Positions 9,694-19,894 of a stretch of 64,000 bases of DNA are shown here, piece after piece; position 1 is the first letter of the stretch; every line of letters starts with the position of its first letter. The notes under the pieces were generated by a model. It had not been told where the DNA came from and searched no databases. It saw only the letters and a program-made list of their open reading frames with translations. A program made the translations under genes and the position numbers. Source of the stretch: Succinivibrio sp. (GTDB lineage: Bacteria > Pseudomonadota > Gammaproteobacteria > Enterobacterales > Succinivibrionaceae); contig JAGBLM010000072.1 of assembly GCA_017635415.1 (NCBI GenBank), forward strand, positions 13,089 to 77,088, written 5' to 3'.

Positions 9694-10979
9694 TGGGCTT
9701 AAGTCACTTTGAGCGAGAAGAGGAGACTCTGGTTAATTATTTTAAGCAGATGCTTAATGAGTCGTATGATCTCGATGACGATATTGCTCCACGTGAATTC
9801 TTAGCAAAGGAAGAAGACGCTACAAGGGCGGATGCTGCGGGGAAGGCATCTGAATCAGAGTACGTCGCTGAAGGGGTAGATGCCTCTGAGCCCATGGAGA
9901 GCAGTGCTCCTCCTGTTACTGAGTCTGAAGCTCAGAATGTGCCGGTAGCTGCCGAGTCTGAGCAGAGTAATGCAGGGGATAATGAATCCTCCCTGCACAC
10001 GCTGGATGCTTCTTCCGCAGAAGAACAGCATACCGGGAACAATGCTGATGAGACAGATTCTTCGCCATCAGCTGATATGGAGACCCAGTTCCCTGCAGAA
10101 ACGGGCGATAAGTCTGACCAGGTGGCAGAGTCAGTAGGTAACGGGAACTTTGCCGAGGACGGTCTTGCTCAGGCTGATGAGTCCGTTCCGGATTCTTTCT
10201 CAGAATCAGGTGAACTTGCAGCAAAAGATGATGTTTATCAGTCTGGTATCTCTGTAATGGAGCCTGTGCTACAAAAGCAGGAGGAATCAGAACACAGAAC
10301 AGAGAGTCTGCCTTTTGCTGAGCAGCAGAGTATTGCTTCTTTACTTGAGTCCGTTCCTTCTGAACAGACCGGCATTGAGACTGCCGTAGAGACGGAAAGA
10401 GAAGAGGTTACAGAAGTTGTTGCAGAGGTTGTTGAACCAACCACGCACCCTGTAGTCCAGATCAATACACAGGCACCGGTTGTAGTCGATGCCGAAACTA
10501 CGGTTCCCGGTGATGAACATCTTGAGTGGGAGAATATCAACATGCCTGATGAGTTTCAGGCGCTGTTCTTCCTGGCTCGAGGTGTACGTTTTGCCGTACC
10601 TCTAGTTGATTTGGGTGGCATTTTTGAGGTTAATCATCTAACACCGCTATTCGGTCGGCCCGCCTGGTACAAGGGCGTTGCTGATATACGCGGTAAGAAA
10701 CTTAATGTAGTGGATACGTTACGCTGGGTTAAACCGGAAGTTACTGAAGATTCAGATTTTAATTACATTATTGTCCTAGGAGAAAGTCTGTGGGCCATCA
10801 GTTGTGACAAACTTGAGGGTAACCGCTATCTTAAAAAGGAGAATGTAAAATGGCGTCAGCATGCGGGAAATCGTCCATGGCTTGCTGGCATTGTAAAAAA
10901 GGAAATGTGTGCGTTGCTGCACGTCAATGCACTTATTTCGATGTTCAATAAGGGTTTCGATCTTACTGATTTAAAGTAA
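9693..10979 (+). CDS. ParP-like protein: long acidic region plus C-terminal CheW-like domain
   Basis: FQALFF...FAVPLVDLGGI...RPWLAGIVKKEMCALL; lies between the ParA gene and cheW. Confidence 0.8.
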   Translation: MGLSHFEREEETLVNYFKQMLNESYDLDDDIAPREFLAKEEDATRADAAGKASESEYVAEGVDASEPMESSAPPVTESEAQNVPVAAESEQSNAGDNESSLHTLDASSAEEQHTGNNADETDSSPSADMETQFPAETGDKSDQVAESVGNGNFAEDGLAQADESVPDSFSESGELAAKDDVYQSGISVMEPVLQKQEESEHRTESLPFAEQQSIASLLESVPSEQTGIETAVETEREEVTEVVAEVVEPTTHPVVQINTQAPVVVDAETTVPGDEHLEWENINMPDEFQALFFLARGVRFAVPLVDLGGIFEVNHLTPLFGRPAWYKGVADIRGKKLNVVDTLRWVKPEVTEDSDFNYIIVLGESLWAISCDKLEGNRYLKKENVKWRQHAGNRPWLAGIVKKEMCALLHVNALISMFNKGFDLTDLK

Positions 10980-11089
10980 CAAACGAGATACAGGCTATAT
11001 TTTCAGCTACGTATTGTTTGATTTAAGAAACTTTTTTGTACAATTAGATCATGCCACAAATGGTATGGTCTACTACAGAGGAAAAACAG

Positions 11090-11608
11090 ATGGCAGATGA
11101 AGCTCAAGACAGCAAAAAGACTGGCATTTTGGGAATTGACAAGAATCAGGGCGAACTGCTCCGTTGGGTGACATTCAAACTTGGTCAGGAAATCTACAGT
11201 GTCAATGTAATGCAGGTTCGTGAAGTTTTGCGTTACACTGATATTGCACCTGTCCCTGGCGCTCCATCCTATGTATTGGGTATCATCAATTTGCGTGGTA
11301 ACGTGGTAACTGTTATTGACACCCGTATGCGCTTTGGTTTGCCGGCTGCAGAAGTTACTGATAATACCCGTATTATGATTATCGAAAGTGAGAAGCATGT
11401 TATTGGCATTTTGGTAGACTCTGTAGCAGAGGTTGCCGACCTTAACACTGCTGATATAGACGATACTCCTAATGTTGGTACAGAGGATAGTGCCAAGTTT
11501 ATCTGTGGCGTCTGCAACCGTAAGGACGATTTGCTTATTCTCATCGATCTCAATAAGTTGCTCAGTGAGGCAGAGTGGGAAGAAGTCTCAGAGATCAATA
11601 ATCAGTAG
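11090..11608 (+). CDS. cheW: Chemotaxis coupling protein CheW
   Basis: VPGAPSYVLGIINLRGNVVTVID. Confidence 0.96.
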   Translation: MADEAQDSKKTGILGIDKNQGELLRWVTFKLGQEIYSVNVMQVREVLRYTDIAPVPGAPSYVLGIINLRGNVVTVIDTRMRFGLPAAEVTDNTRIMIIESEKHVIGILVDSVAEVADLNTADIDDTPNVGTEDSAKFICGVCNRKDDLLILIDLNKLLSEAEWEEVSEINNQ

Positions 11609-11643
11609 AAATACAAGTTCCCCTTGAACAAAGGGGGACAGTT

Positions 11644-12348
11644 TTGATAAATGGCGTTCAACTAAGCGAGCCTGTTTTGCAGTCATATCTTGACCTGTCA
11701 TTACTCTCCGTAATCGGCGGCGCTGTGGTGTTGCTGATCCTGATACTCGTGTCTTTTATTCTAACTTCCAGAAGATGCGGGACAATGGAAAACACTCTGC
11801 TGGAACTGAAAAAAGCCTTTGCTGACCTTAAGGCCCAGCAGAGCAGGATTGAAGAGGCGGTGATTGCCATTGAACGCAAAGGGCAGGCTCAGGACAGGAC
11901 CGTTTCTTACCTTACCGACACCAGACAGTCCCTTGATGACAAGATAGCTGAAGTTGAGAAGGTCCTTGATAATCTGAGCAGTAAACTTGAACAGCAGAAT
12001 AAGGTTATTGCTGAAAATAACACTCAGACTCAGCCGATTAATGAAGCGGCAAGAATGTTGCGTCGTGGTGCGTCAATGGAAGAGGTTATTGCCAAGACAG
12101 GATTACCGCGCAATGAGATTGAAATGTTAAGTTCGGTTCATGGCTTCAATAAACCTGAGAATTCTGAAAATCCTTCTGAATCAGTTCATATAGTAAAACC
12201 TGATCAGGTATCCCCTGAAGTTCAGGTGAATGCTAGATCCGATCTGCCAAGACCTGCCGGTATTCAGTCCGGGCATGTTGCCGGTTTAAAGGCGCGAAAT
12301 GCCTACGGTATACCTGCAGGCCATCATTCACTGCGCAGAACGAGGTAA
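11644..12348 (+). CDS. DUF2802 membrane-anchored protein (FipA-like polar flagellum factor)
   Basis: N-terminal TM, coiled coil, AARMLRRGASMEEVIAKTGLPRNEIEML; position after cheW. Confidence 0.7.
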   Translation: MINGVQLSEPVLQSYLDLSLLSVIGGAVVLLILILVSFILTSRRCGTMENTLLELKKAFADLKAQQSRIEEAVIAIERKGQAQDRTVSYLTDTRQSLDDKIAEVEKVLDNLSSKLEQQNKVIAENNTQTQPINEAARMLRRGASMEEVIAKTGLPRNEIEMLSSVHGFNKPENSENPSESVHIVKPDQVSPEVQVNARSDLPRPAGIQSGHVAGLKARNAYGIPAGHHSLRRTR

Positions 12349-12352
12349 GGCA

Positions 12353-12871
12353 GTGTCTTCAGTATTAGAAGAATGTCATCTTCTGGCAGTAAGACTGTCA
12401 GACCTTTATTCCCGTTATCATAAGGTATATGCCACTGCTGAATCGCTTACTGCAGGTCTTATCGGTGCCACCATAGTTGAGATCCCCGGCAGTTCTGCAT
12501 GGTTTGACAGAGGTTTTATCACCTATTCAAATGAGGCTAAACAGCAGTTGCTTGGGGTTAGTGCCGAAATCTTGAAAGACTACGGTGCGGTGAGTATGCA
12601 GACTGTCCGGCAGATGGTTAGCGGAGCGCTTGACTCCTCAATAGCTGATATTGCCGTGGCAGTAACCGGCATAGCAGGCCCTGACGGTGGCAGCAGGGAA
12701 AAGCCGGTTGGTACAGTCTGGATTGGCGTACAGCAAAGAGGGAATCCTTCTTACGCCCGCTGTTTTCTGTTTGCCGGCTCTCGGCAGGAGGTTCGGAACC
12801 AGACTGTTCTTGAGTCTCTCAAAGCTTTGGTTTCTGTGACAGAAGGCTTAATCCCTCAGCAGTACAGCTAG
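12353..12871 (+). CDS. pncC: CinA/PncC NMN amidohydrolase
   Basis: ATAESLTAG, GFITYSNEAK, TGIAGPDGG..KPVGTVW. Confidence 0.9.
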   Translation: MSSVLEECHLLAVRLSDLYSRYHKVYATAESLTAGLIGATIVEIPGSSAWFDRGFITYSNEAKQQLLGVSAEILKDYGAVSMQTVRQMVSGALDSSIADIAVAVTGIAGPDGGSREKPVGTVWIGVQQRGNPSYARCFLFAGSRQEVRNQTVLESLKALVSVTEGLIPQQYS

Positions 12872-14037
12872 TTTAAGCAGGAGTGTCTTGCCGTTTTGGC
12901 AAAGTAACCATCTGTTGCAGGGCACAGACAGCCCAAAATTGCCGGCGATTTCTGTCCTGTAGAGGTGCAAAGATCTGAACAGATCCCTTCTACGAATCTA
13001 TAGGCAAAAAAGGCAAAGGCCTGAGCCTCAAGCAGGGTTTCACTGACACCGAAATCGGATGACTTTAAAACTTTAATGCCCAATGGTGTCAGTATTTGCT
13101 CAAATCTCATCCTGACAAGAGGATTAAAGGCTCCACCTCCGCAGAGAATGAGGTCGGCATTCTGACCTGCGGTCAGATTAAAGTCCCTTATGCTGTCAGT
13201 TACCGCTCTTACGGTGAATTCACACAGTGTTCTTAAAAGATCTGCCGTTTTTTCCCGGAAAAAGGTACATTCTTCGAGCATACTGTGTATCAGTTCTTCA
13301 TTAAAGTCCTCTCTGCCGGTTGATTTAGGCGGTCTCTTTTTAAGATACTCATGACTGAGCAGTTTATTGAGCCAGACTTCATTAACTTTGCCCTGTGAGG
13401 CGGTCTGCGCATCTTTATCGTAAGGCTGGTGCAGAAACTTTCTGCACACAAGATCCATAAGTGTATTGGCCGGACCACAGTCAAAACCGGCCAGAACATC
13501 TCTATCCTTTGAGATCACAGTGATGTTGGAAATGCCGCCGAGATTTAAAATCATGCGGCAGCGCTCAGGACAGCCAAAAACCTCTTTATGAAAAGCAGGA
13601 GTCAGTGGTGCTCCTTCTCCTCCGTGGGCAATGTCGGCCATACGGAAATTGACAATGGTGTCTATGCCAGTAAGCGCCGCAAGCAATGGTCCGTTATCAA
13701 GCTGCACAGAAAAACCTTTTGCCGGTCTATGTCTTATGGTCTGTCCGTGAGAACCGATGGCCAGAATATTTTCCTTTTTAAGATTAAGTCTGTCGAGCAG
13801 TATCTGCACCAGTTTTGCTGATGTTCTGGCCACTTCGTTGGCCATACAGCCGGCAGTCTCAATTTCATGAAGATTATCGTTACACAGAGAGTGCAGCGTC
13901 TTTTTTACCTCATCTGGCCAGGCAATTGAGACCTGACCGAGAATATTCATCTTCCCCTTGCTGAACTCAACTGCGACTCCGTCAAGTGCATCGATACTGG
14001 TGCCTGACATAAGACCGATACAAATATTAGGCTGCAT
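12868..14037 (-). CDS. anmK: Anhydro-N-acetylmuramic acid kinase
   Basis: GLMSGTSIDALD, GSHGQTIRH, GGEGAPL, FDCGPAN, PPKSTGRE. Confidence 0.94.
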   Translation of the reverse strand: MQPNICIGLMSGTSIDALDGVAVEFSKGKMNILGQVSIAWPDEVKKTLHSLCNDNLHEIETAGCMANEVARTSAKLVQILLDRLNLKKENILAIGSHGQTIRHRPAKGFSVQLDNGPLLAALTGIDTIVNFRMADIAHGGEGAPLTPAFHKEVFGCPERCRMILNLGGISNITVISKDRDVLAGFDCGPANTLMDLVCRKFLHQPYDKDAQTASQGKVNEVWLNKLLSHEYLKKRPPKSTGREDFNEELIHSMLEECTFFREKTADLLRTLCEFTVRAVTDSIRDFNLTAGQNADLILCGGGAFNPLVRMRFEQILTPLGIKVLKSSDFGVSETLLEAQAFAFFAYRFVEGICSDLCTSTGQKSPAILGCLCPATDGYFAKTARHSCLN

Positions 14038-14288
14038 AACTTTTCCATCCTTGACCGCAAAAGACCTCCGCCGCCTGTTTTTTGCCCTGTATTTCCTGCC
14101 CACAGGACAGGAGTTAGAGTGGCTTTTGATAGAAGAAAAATGGTCATCAACTTCACGGACCTTGGCGGTCTTATATTCTAAAATGTTATACTATGCGCCG
14201 TTAAAAAGATCCATACTGCAAAAGCAGTTCGTAATTATGTATTTTTGCCGCGTCCGTCCGGCAGGAGCGGTGTTCAAGAGGAAAAACC

Positions 14289-15476
14289 ATGTCTGATATA
14301 GAAATGGCATTAAAGGAAATCGCCCGCGGCGCAGAAGAAATTATTCCTATTGATGAATTAAAAAAGAAGTTGGAGAGTGGTCGTCAGCTGACGATCAAAC
14401 TGGGCATGGATCCGACTGCCCCTGATATTCATTTAGGTCATACCGTTATTCTAAATAAACTGCGTACGTTCCAGAAACTTGGTCACAAGGTAGTATTGAT
14501 AATTGGTGATTTTACAGCTGCAATCGGTGATCCTTCAGGAAAAAATGCTACCCGTCCTGAATTGCCGCGTGAGCAGATCCTGATCAATGCCAAAACCTAT
14601 TCAGAACAGGCTTTCAAGATCCTGGATCCTAAACTGACCGAGATCCGCTATAACTCCGAGTGGTGTGACAAATTAGGTCCTGCCGGTACCATCAAGTTAG
14701 CCTCCAAGCTGACTGTAGCCAGGATGCTTGAGCGTGACGATTTCTCCAAACGTTATGCCGCAAAGCAACCGATCGCCATTCATGAATTCCTTTATCCTCT
14801 ATTTCAGGGATATGACAGCGTGGCTATCAAGTCTGATGTTGAACTTGGTGGCACAGATCAGAAGTTTAATCTCCTGATGGGACGTGAACTGCAAAAAGAT
14901 GCCGGCATGGAACCACAATGTGTTCTGATGATGCCGTTGCTGGTAGGTCTTGACGGTGTGGTCAAAATGTCCAAGTCCAAGCATAACTACATCGGTGTTA
15001 CAGAGCCGGCAAAGGAAATGTTCGGCAAGATTATGTCTGTTTCTGATGAGCTGATGTGGAACTATTACACTCTGCTGTCAGAAAAGAGTCTTAAGACGAT
15101 TGAAGAACTGAAGAAAAAGTGCGATAACGGAGAGATGAATCCTCGCGATGCCAAGGTTGAACTGGGACGCGAGATCGTTGCACGCTATCATGGTGAGGCT
15201 GAGGCTCAGGCAGCAGTAGATGGTTTTAAGAACCAGTTTGCCAATGGAGCAATGCCTGAGGATATGCCTGAAGTTACTGTTACTTCTGAACGTATCCCGA
15301 ATCTGCTCAAGGATGCAGGGTTAGTTGCCTCCACCACTGAAGCAATGAGAATGATTAAACAAAACGCGGTCAAATGCGATGGAAAACCTGTAACTGACAA
15401 GGATGCCTCTGTAGAAAAGGGCACTGCTGTCTGGCAGGTTGGAAAGCGCCGTTTTGCACGTGTAACTGTCAGCTAG
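14289..15476 (+). CDS. tyrS: Tyrosyl-tRNA synthetase
   Basis: [17 protein letters not shown]-terminal S4 domain. Confidence 0.97.
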   Translation: MSDIEMALKEIARGAEEIIPIDELKKKLESGRQLTIKLGMDPTAPDIHLGHTVILNKLRTFQKLGHKVVLIIGDFTAAIGDPSGKNATRPELPREQILINAKTYSEQAFKILDPKLTEIRYNSEWCDKLGPAGTIKLASKLTVARMLERDDFSKRYAAKQPIAIHEFLYPLFQGYDSVAIKSDVELGGTDQKFNLLMGRELQKDAGMEPQCVLMMPLLVGLDGVVKMSKSKHNYIGVTEPAKEMFGKIMSVSDELMWNYYTLLSEKSLKTIEELKKKCDNGEMNPRDAKVELGREIVARYHGEAEAQAAVDGFKNQFANGAMPEDMPEVTVTSERIPNLLKDAGLVASTTEAMRMIKQNAVKCDGKPVTDKDASVEKGTAVWQVGKRRFARVTVS

Positions 15477-15501
15477 TTCATTTCAAAACAGGGGAGTTGC
15501 T

Positions 15502-16167
15502 ATGATGACACAGGATGAATTGAAGATCATGGTTGCCAAAGAGGCACTGAAATATATTCCGCAGCATGGTGTGCTCGGGGTTGGCAGTGGTTCTACTGTG
15601 GTGAAGTTCATTGAGCAGATTGCCGAGAATAAAATTAAGATTGAAGCGGCAGTAAGCAGTTCTATCAAAACCACGAAAATGCTTGAGGATATCGGTATCA
15701 AAGTACTGGATCCCAATGAAGTTGAACCTTATGAGGTTTATATCGATGGTGCTGATGAGGTAAATGATGAATTTGACATGATCAAGGGCGGCGGTGCTGC
15801 TCTGACCAGAGAAAAGATTCTCGCGTCCATGGCTAAGAAGTTTATCTGCATCGTGGATAAATCAAAACTCGTCCCTGTTCTTGGCAAATTCCCTCTGCCT
15901 GTCGAAGTGATCCCGATGGCTCGCGAACAGGTAAAAAGAACTATCCGCTCTTTATGGGGTGATCCGGTCCTTCGTAAAGACTGCATTACTGACAACGGTT
16001 GCGAAATACTTGATGTTCATGGTCTTAGTATTGTTGATGCAAAGCAATACGAGTCTGCAATCAATCAGATCCCCGGGGTTGTGACCGTTGGTCTGTTCGC
16101 TCATCGTGGTGCAGATGTAGTCCTTTACGCTGATGAGGAGGGCGTTCACAAAAGGGAACGGGCCTAA
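15502..16167 (+). CDS. rpiA: Ribose-5-phosphate isomerase A
   Basis: GVGSGST, DGADE, IKGGGAALTREK. Confidence 0.97.
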   Translation: MMTQDELKIMVAKEALKYIPQHGVLGVGSGSTVVKFIEQIAENKIKIEAAVSSSIKTTKMLEDIGIKVLDPNEVEPYEVYIDGADEVNDEFDMIKGGGAALTREKILASMAKKFICIVDKSKLVPVLGKFPLPVEVIPMAREQVKRTIRSLWGDPVLRKDCITDNGCEILDVHGLSIVDAKQYESAINQIPGVVTVGLFAHRGADVVLYADEEGVHKRERA

Positions 16168-16280
16168 TACGGATCCTGTCTTGAATAAGGGCGGGATTGG
16201 TAAGTCAGAAAAAAATTTCGTCAGGAATCAGTCCCGACAATAATTTTCTGATGCCCTAAATTTCAAATAGATAAAACGAT

Positions 16281-16296
16281 TGGCATAGTTTTTGAA
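16281..16296 (+). promoter_or_regulatory. Probable sigma-54 promoter of the fliE operon
   Basis: TGGCATAGTTTTTGAA versus consensus TGGCAC-N5-TTGCW (GA instead of GC at -12), 54 nt upstream of fliE. Confidence 0.6.
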
Positions 16297-16349
16297 ATAG
16301 ATCCCTCTGACAAAAGGAAACGTCGTTTTTTTGACGTCGGAGGTTTGAC

Positions 16350-16778
16350 ATGGCTTTTACAATCGATTCATCTATTGGCGTTGGCGGAATGTTGCAGCAG
16401 ATGCAGAGAATGCAGGATCATATGAAGACGCTCAGTGCTGCAGCACAGGAAAGACCGCAGAGCTATGTTCTCTCCCCTGAGCATATGCAGTCTGAGGGGG
16501 TAAAGGCAAACTCCCAGACAGAGTCGGTCAGAGCTCCAAGCGCCGCTGACAGTGTAGGAGAGTTTGCTGATTTACTGCATAATGCCTTAGAATCTGTGAA
16601 CACTCTTCAGAATAATGCAGATAGTATGCAGACACGTTTCGATATTGGTGATAGATCTGTTACCCTTGCAGATGTGATGCTTGCGTCGCAGAAATCTCGT
16701 ATTGCCTTTGAAGCTACAGTGCAGGTCCGTAATAAAATGGTAGAAGCATACAGAACTATTTCTCAGATGCAGCTGTAG
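16350..16778 (+). CDS. fliE: Hook-basal body protein FliE
   Basis: DVMLASQKSRIAFEATVQVRNKMVEAYR. Confidence 0.94.
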   Translation: MAFTIDSSIGVGGMLQQMQRMQDHMKTLSAAAQERPQSYVLSPEHMQSEGVKANSQTESVRAPSAADSVGEFADLLHNALESVNTLQNNADSMQTRFDIGDRSVTLADVMLASQKSRIAFEATVQVRNKMVEAYRTISQMQL

Positions 16779-16811
16779 CAGCTTGTTCTGTCTTAAAGAG
16801 GATATTTATAT

Positions 16812-18698
16812 ATGGCAGACACCAATTTACCGGTATCAGCAAATCAGGAAGGAACTCCGGAGGAGTCCCTGCCTAATGCGCCTGTTGTTGCGGAAGATGC
16901 GACCGGTACCAGCGTTGCAGAAATACCCGACGAAGGCGAAACTGACAACAAGGCTGATAATGGTGGTGAGGAGCTGTACACTCACAGGCACGGTGTTTTT
17001 GCTACCATAAAGGATTTTGTAAAGAACGGTGAGACCATGCGTCGCATCGTTATTTTAGGTTTTCTTGTAATCTTTATCGGCGCCATTATTTTTACTATTG
17101 TCAGTCTGCAGTCTCCATCCTCAGAAGAAAGGACTGAGCGCATGCTGGGACATTATTCTCCTGCCGAAATCGGTCAGGTGCTTGATTACCTTGATGCCAA
17201 CAAATTTGAATATCGTCTTACGGGATCTGACACCATTGTCGTTAACGTCAAAGATTACAGCAAGATCACCGAAGGTATGCTGCGTAATGGCATCGCTCTA
17301 CCTGCTGAGCAGACTGATGAAGGTGATGCTATTTTGATGACTGACTCAGGCTTTGGTGTCTCGCAGCGTCTTGAAAATGAGCGTATCAAACACGGTAGAG
17401 AGATTCAGCTGGCCCGCGCCATTGAGCGTATTGACGGCATTGAGCATGCGACCGTACTCCTGGCAATTCCAAGAGATAATGTTTTTGCCCGTGAAAAGAA
17501 TCATCCGAGTGCCTCTGTTGTTCTTACCCTTAAGGGCAATGCCTATATCAGCCCTGAAAATGTAAATTCTGTGCGTTATATGGTGGCTTCCTCGGTCCAT
17601 AATCTGATGGCAAAGGATGTCACGGTAACCGATCAGTCCGGTCGTTTGCTCAGTGCTGAACCTAGAGGAGACAGCACTGAAAACAAACTGCAGAGAGATT
17701 TTGAGATGAGAACCATGCGTGAGGCCCAGTACAGGGATAAGCTTGATTCTATCTTAGGTCCGATGCTCGGACTGGGCAATTATTCTGCAGAGGTTGATGT
17801 CACCCTGGATACAACCGTTCAGGAGGAGACCTCTCAGCTTTACAATCCTGACAATCAGGCTATTCGTTCTGAAACATTGAGTGAAAAGACCGGCAATGAT
17901 GATAAGGGCAATCCTTACGGAGTTCCTGGTTCTCTGTCCAATCAGCCGCCGGCAAATGCGGCTATTCCACAGGAACTTAAAGACGGAACGGCAACGGCGA
18001 CCCGTGAATCGGCAAATAATCGTCAGGAAAGCAGAGAGGCTGTACGCAACTACGAGGTTGATACCACGGTAAGGCATACGGTAAGACCGTCTAATGTCGT
18101 ACAGCGTCTGACGGTTTCTGTAGCCGTTGACTATATGCGTCTTGTTGACGCTGACGGGCTGGTGTCATACGAGCCTCGTCCTCAGGAGGATCTTGATAAG
18201 ATTGCTGATCTTGTTCGTGGCGGTCTTGGACTTAATGAGAATCGTGGTGACGTGGTTCACGTTGAAACCGTGTCGTTCCCACATAATGACGACCTGCCTC
18301 CACAGCCTTGGTATATGCAGGATTACTTCTATCGTCTGGCACGTATCGGCGGTGCGGTACTTGTTATTCTGATTCTGGTTATCTTTGTAATAAGACCGAT
18401 GCTTAACAAACTGCTGCGCAAAGATGTCGGTGACGAAGATGCTGAACTTGATGAGGATCTGGATGGTAAGTCCGCTCTTGAAGGAAATGATGATCTTAAT
18501 CTCATTGCTCAGGATAACGAACTTGCCGATCAGGTATACACTATCAATCATGAAGGCGGAATAGAGTTGCCTAATCTGCATAAAGAGGCAGATCTGCTCA
18601 AGGCTGTCAGAACACTGGCTTCTGATGAACCTCAGCTGACAGCTGAAGTCATCAAGGAATGGCTTGAAGCAGACATGAACAAGGATAAATCCTCTTAA
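16812..18698 (+). CDS. fliF: MS-ring protein FliF
   Basis: Two TM helices, GFGVSQ, PSASVVL, GVPGSLSNQPP, RLTVSVAVD. Confidence 0.95.
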   Translation: MADTNLPVSANQEGTPEESLPNAPVVAEDATGTSVAEIPDEGETDNKADNGGEELYTHRHGVFATIKDFVKNGETMRRIVILGFLVIFIGAIIFTIVSLQSPSSEERTERMLGHYSPAEIGQVLDYLDANKFEYRLTGSDTIVVNVKDYSKITEGMLRNGIALPAEQTDEGDAILMTDSGFGVSQRLENERIKHGREIQLARAIERIDGIEHATVLLAIPRDNVFAREKNHPSASVVLTLKGNAYISPENVNSVRYMVASSVHNLMAKDVTVTDQSGRLLSAEPRGDSTENKLQRDFEMRTMREAQYRDKLDSILGPMLGLGNYSAEVDVTLDTTVQEETSQLYNPDNQAIRSETLSEKTGNDDKGNPYGVPGSLSNQPPANAAIPQELKDGTATATRESANNRQESREAVRNYEVDTTVRHTVRPSNVVQRLTVSVAVDYMRLVDADGLVSYEPRPQEDLDKIADLVRGGLGLNENRGDVVHVETVSFPHNDDLPPQPWYMQDYFYRLARIGGAVLVILILVIFVIRPMLNKLLRKDVGDEDAELDEDLDGKSALEGNDDLNLIAQDNELADQVYTINHEGGIELPNLHKEADLLKAVRTLASDEPQLTAEVIKEWLEADMNKDKSS

Positions 18699-18718
18699 GA
18701 GGGATAGGAGAGATAAAC

Positions 18719-19825
18719 ATGTCAGATAAGAATCTGCCATCTCCGGCCGGAGGGGCGGTAACTGCTCCCGGCGGCGGTGTTGGTTCCAGTGTTATGGAAC
18801 TGTCTGATGATGAAAAATCCGCATTGCAGAGCATGTCCGGTCTTGATAAGGCTGCTCTTCTGATGCTGTCTCTGTCAGAAGAAGATGCCGCACAGATTTT
18901 CCGTAATCTGCAGCCAAAGCAGGTGCAGAAACTTGGTATGCGCATGAGTGAGATGGCTAATTTTTCTCAGGATCAGGTCAATGGTGTGCATAAAAATTTT
19001 CTGCTTGATGTAACCAAACACTCTAATCTCGGACTTGGCAGTTCCGACTTCGTACGCCATGCTCTTGTTGCCGCCTTAGGTGAAGATAAGGCCAACAACC
19101 TTGTTGAGCAGATTTCTCTTGGTACCGGATCGCGCGGTCTTGATTCCTTAAAGTGGATGGATGCAAGACAGGTTGCCACTATTATTCAGAACGAGCACCC
19201 TCAGATCCAGACTATTGTGCTGTCCTACCTTGAGCCTGAACAAAGCGCCGAGATTTTGGCACAGTTCTCAGAAACGGTGCGTCTTGATCTGATTATGCGC
19301 ATTGCCACACTGGAAGAAGTTCAGCCTGCAGCATTACAGGAATTGAATGAAATTATGGAAAAACAGTTCGCCGGCTCAGCAGGTGCTCAGACTGCCAAGA
19401 TTGGCGGTCTGAAGAGTGCCGCTGATATCATGAACTTCCTTGATACCAATACCGAGACCACTCTGATGAATGCTATTCAATCTCAGGATAAGGAAATCGG
19501 TAATCAGATCCAGGATCTCATGTTTGTATTCGAAAACCTTGCCGGAGTTGACGACCGCTCAATTCAGACCCTGCTGCGTGATGTTCCAAGTGATATGTTG
19601 CAGAAGGCCCTTAAGGGGGCAGACGATGCTCTGCGGGAGAAGTTCTTCAAGAACATGTCAAGCCGTGCCGCTCAGTCCATGAAAGAAGACCTTGCTTCCA
19701 TGGGTCCTACCAAGATCTCTGAAGTCGAAGGCGCACAGAAGGAGATTCTTACTATTGCGCATAAACTTGCCGACGCCGGCACGATTATGCTCAGCAGTGG
19801 TGGTGGTAAGAGCGACTTCGTATAA
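18719..19825 (+). CDS. fliG: C-ring rotor protein FliG (canonical)
   Basis: KAALLMLSL, EHPQ, PAA, GG, MFVF, NMSSRAA. Confidence 0.97.
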   Translation: MSDKNLPSPAGGAVTAPGGGVGSSVMELSDDEKSALQSMSGLDKAALLMLSLSEEDAAQIFRNLQPKQVQKLGMRMSEMANFSQDQVNGVHKNFLLDVTKHSNLGLGSSDFVRHALVAALGEDKANNLVEQISLGTGSRGLDSLKWMDARQVATIIQNEHPQIQTIVLSYLEPEQSAEILAQFSETVRLDLIMRIATLEEVQPAALQELNEIMEKQFAGSAGAQTAKIGGLKSAADIMNFLDTNTETTLMNAIQSQDKEIGNQIQDLMFVFENLAGVDDRSIQTLLRDVPSDMLQKALKGADDALREKFFKNMSSRAAQSMKEDLASMGPTKISEVEGAQKEILTIAHKLADAGTIMLSSGGGKSDFV

Positions 19826-19894
19826 TTCAGCATACTGTTTTTTACGTCTGAACTGTGGTTCAGACGATTATTCTCGGACTATAAAGGCCACCTG

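Noticed and set aside
18165-18740. 191-aa minus-strand ORF (likewise 27386-27964, 3760-4116 and many other overlapping ORFs)
   Set aside because: Antisense or off-frame shadows of well-supported genes, with no motifs or RBS
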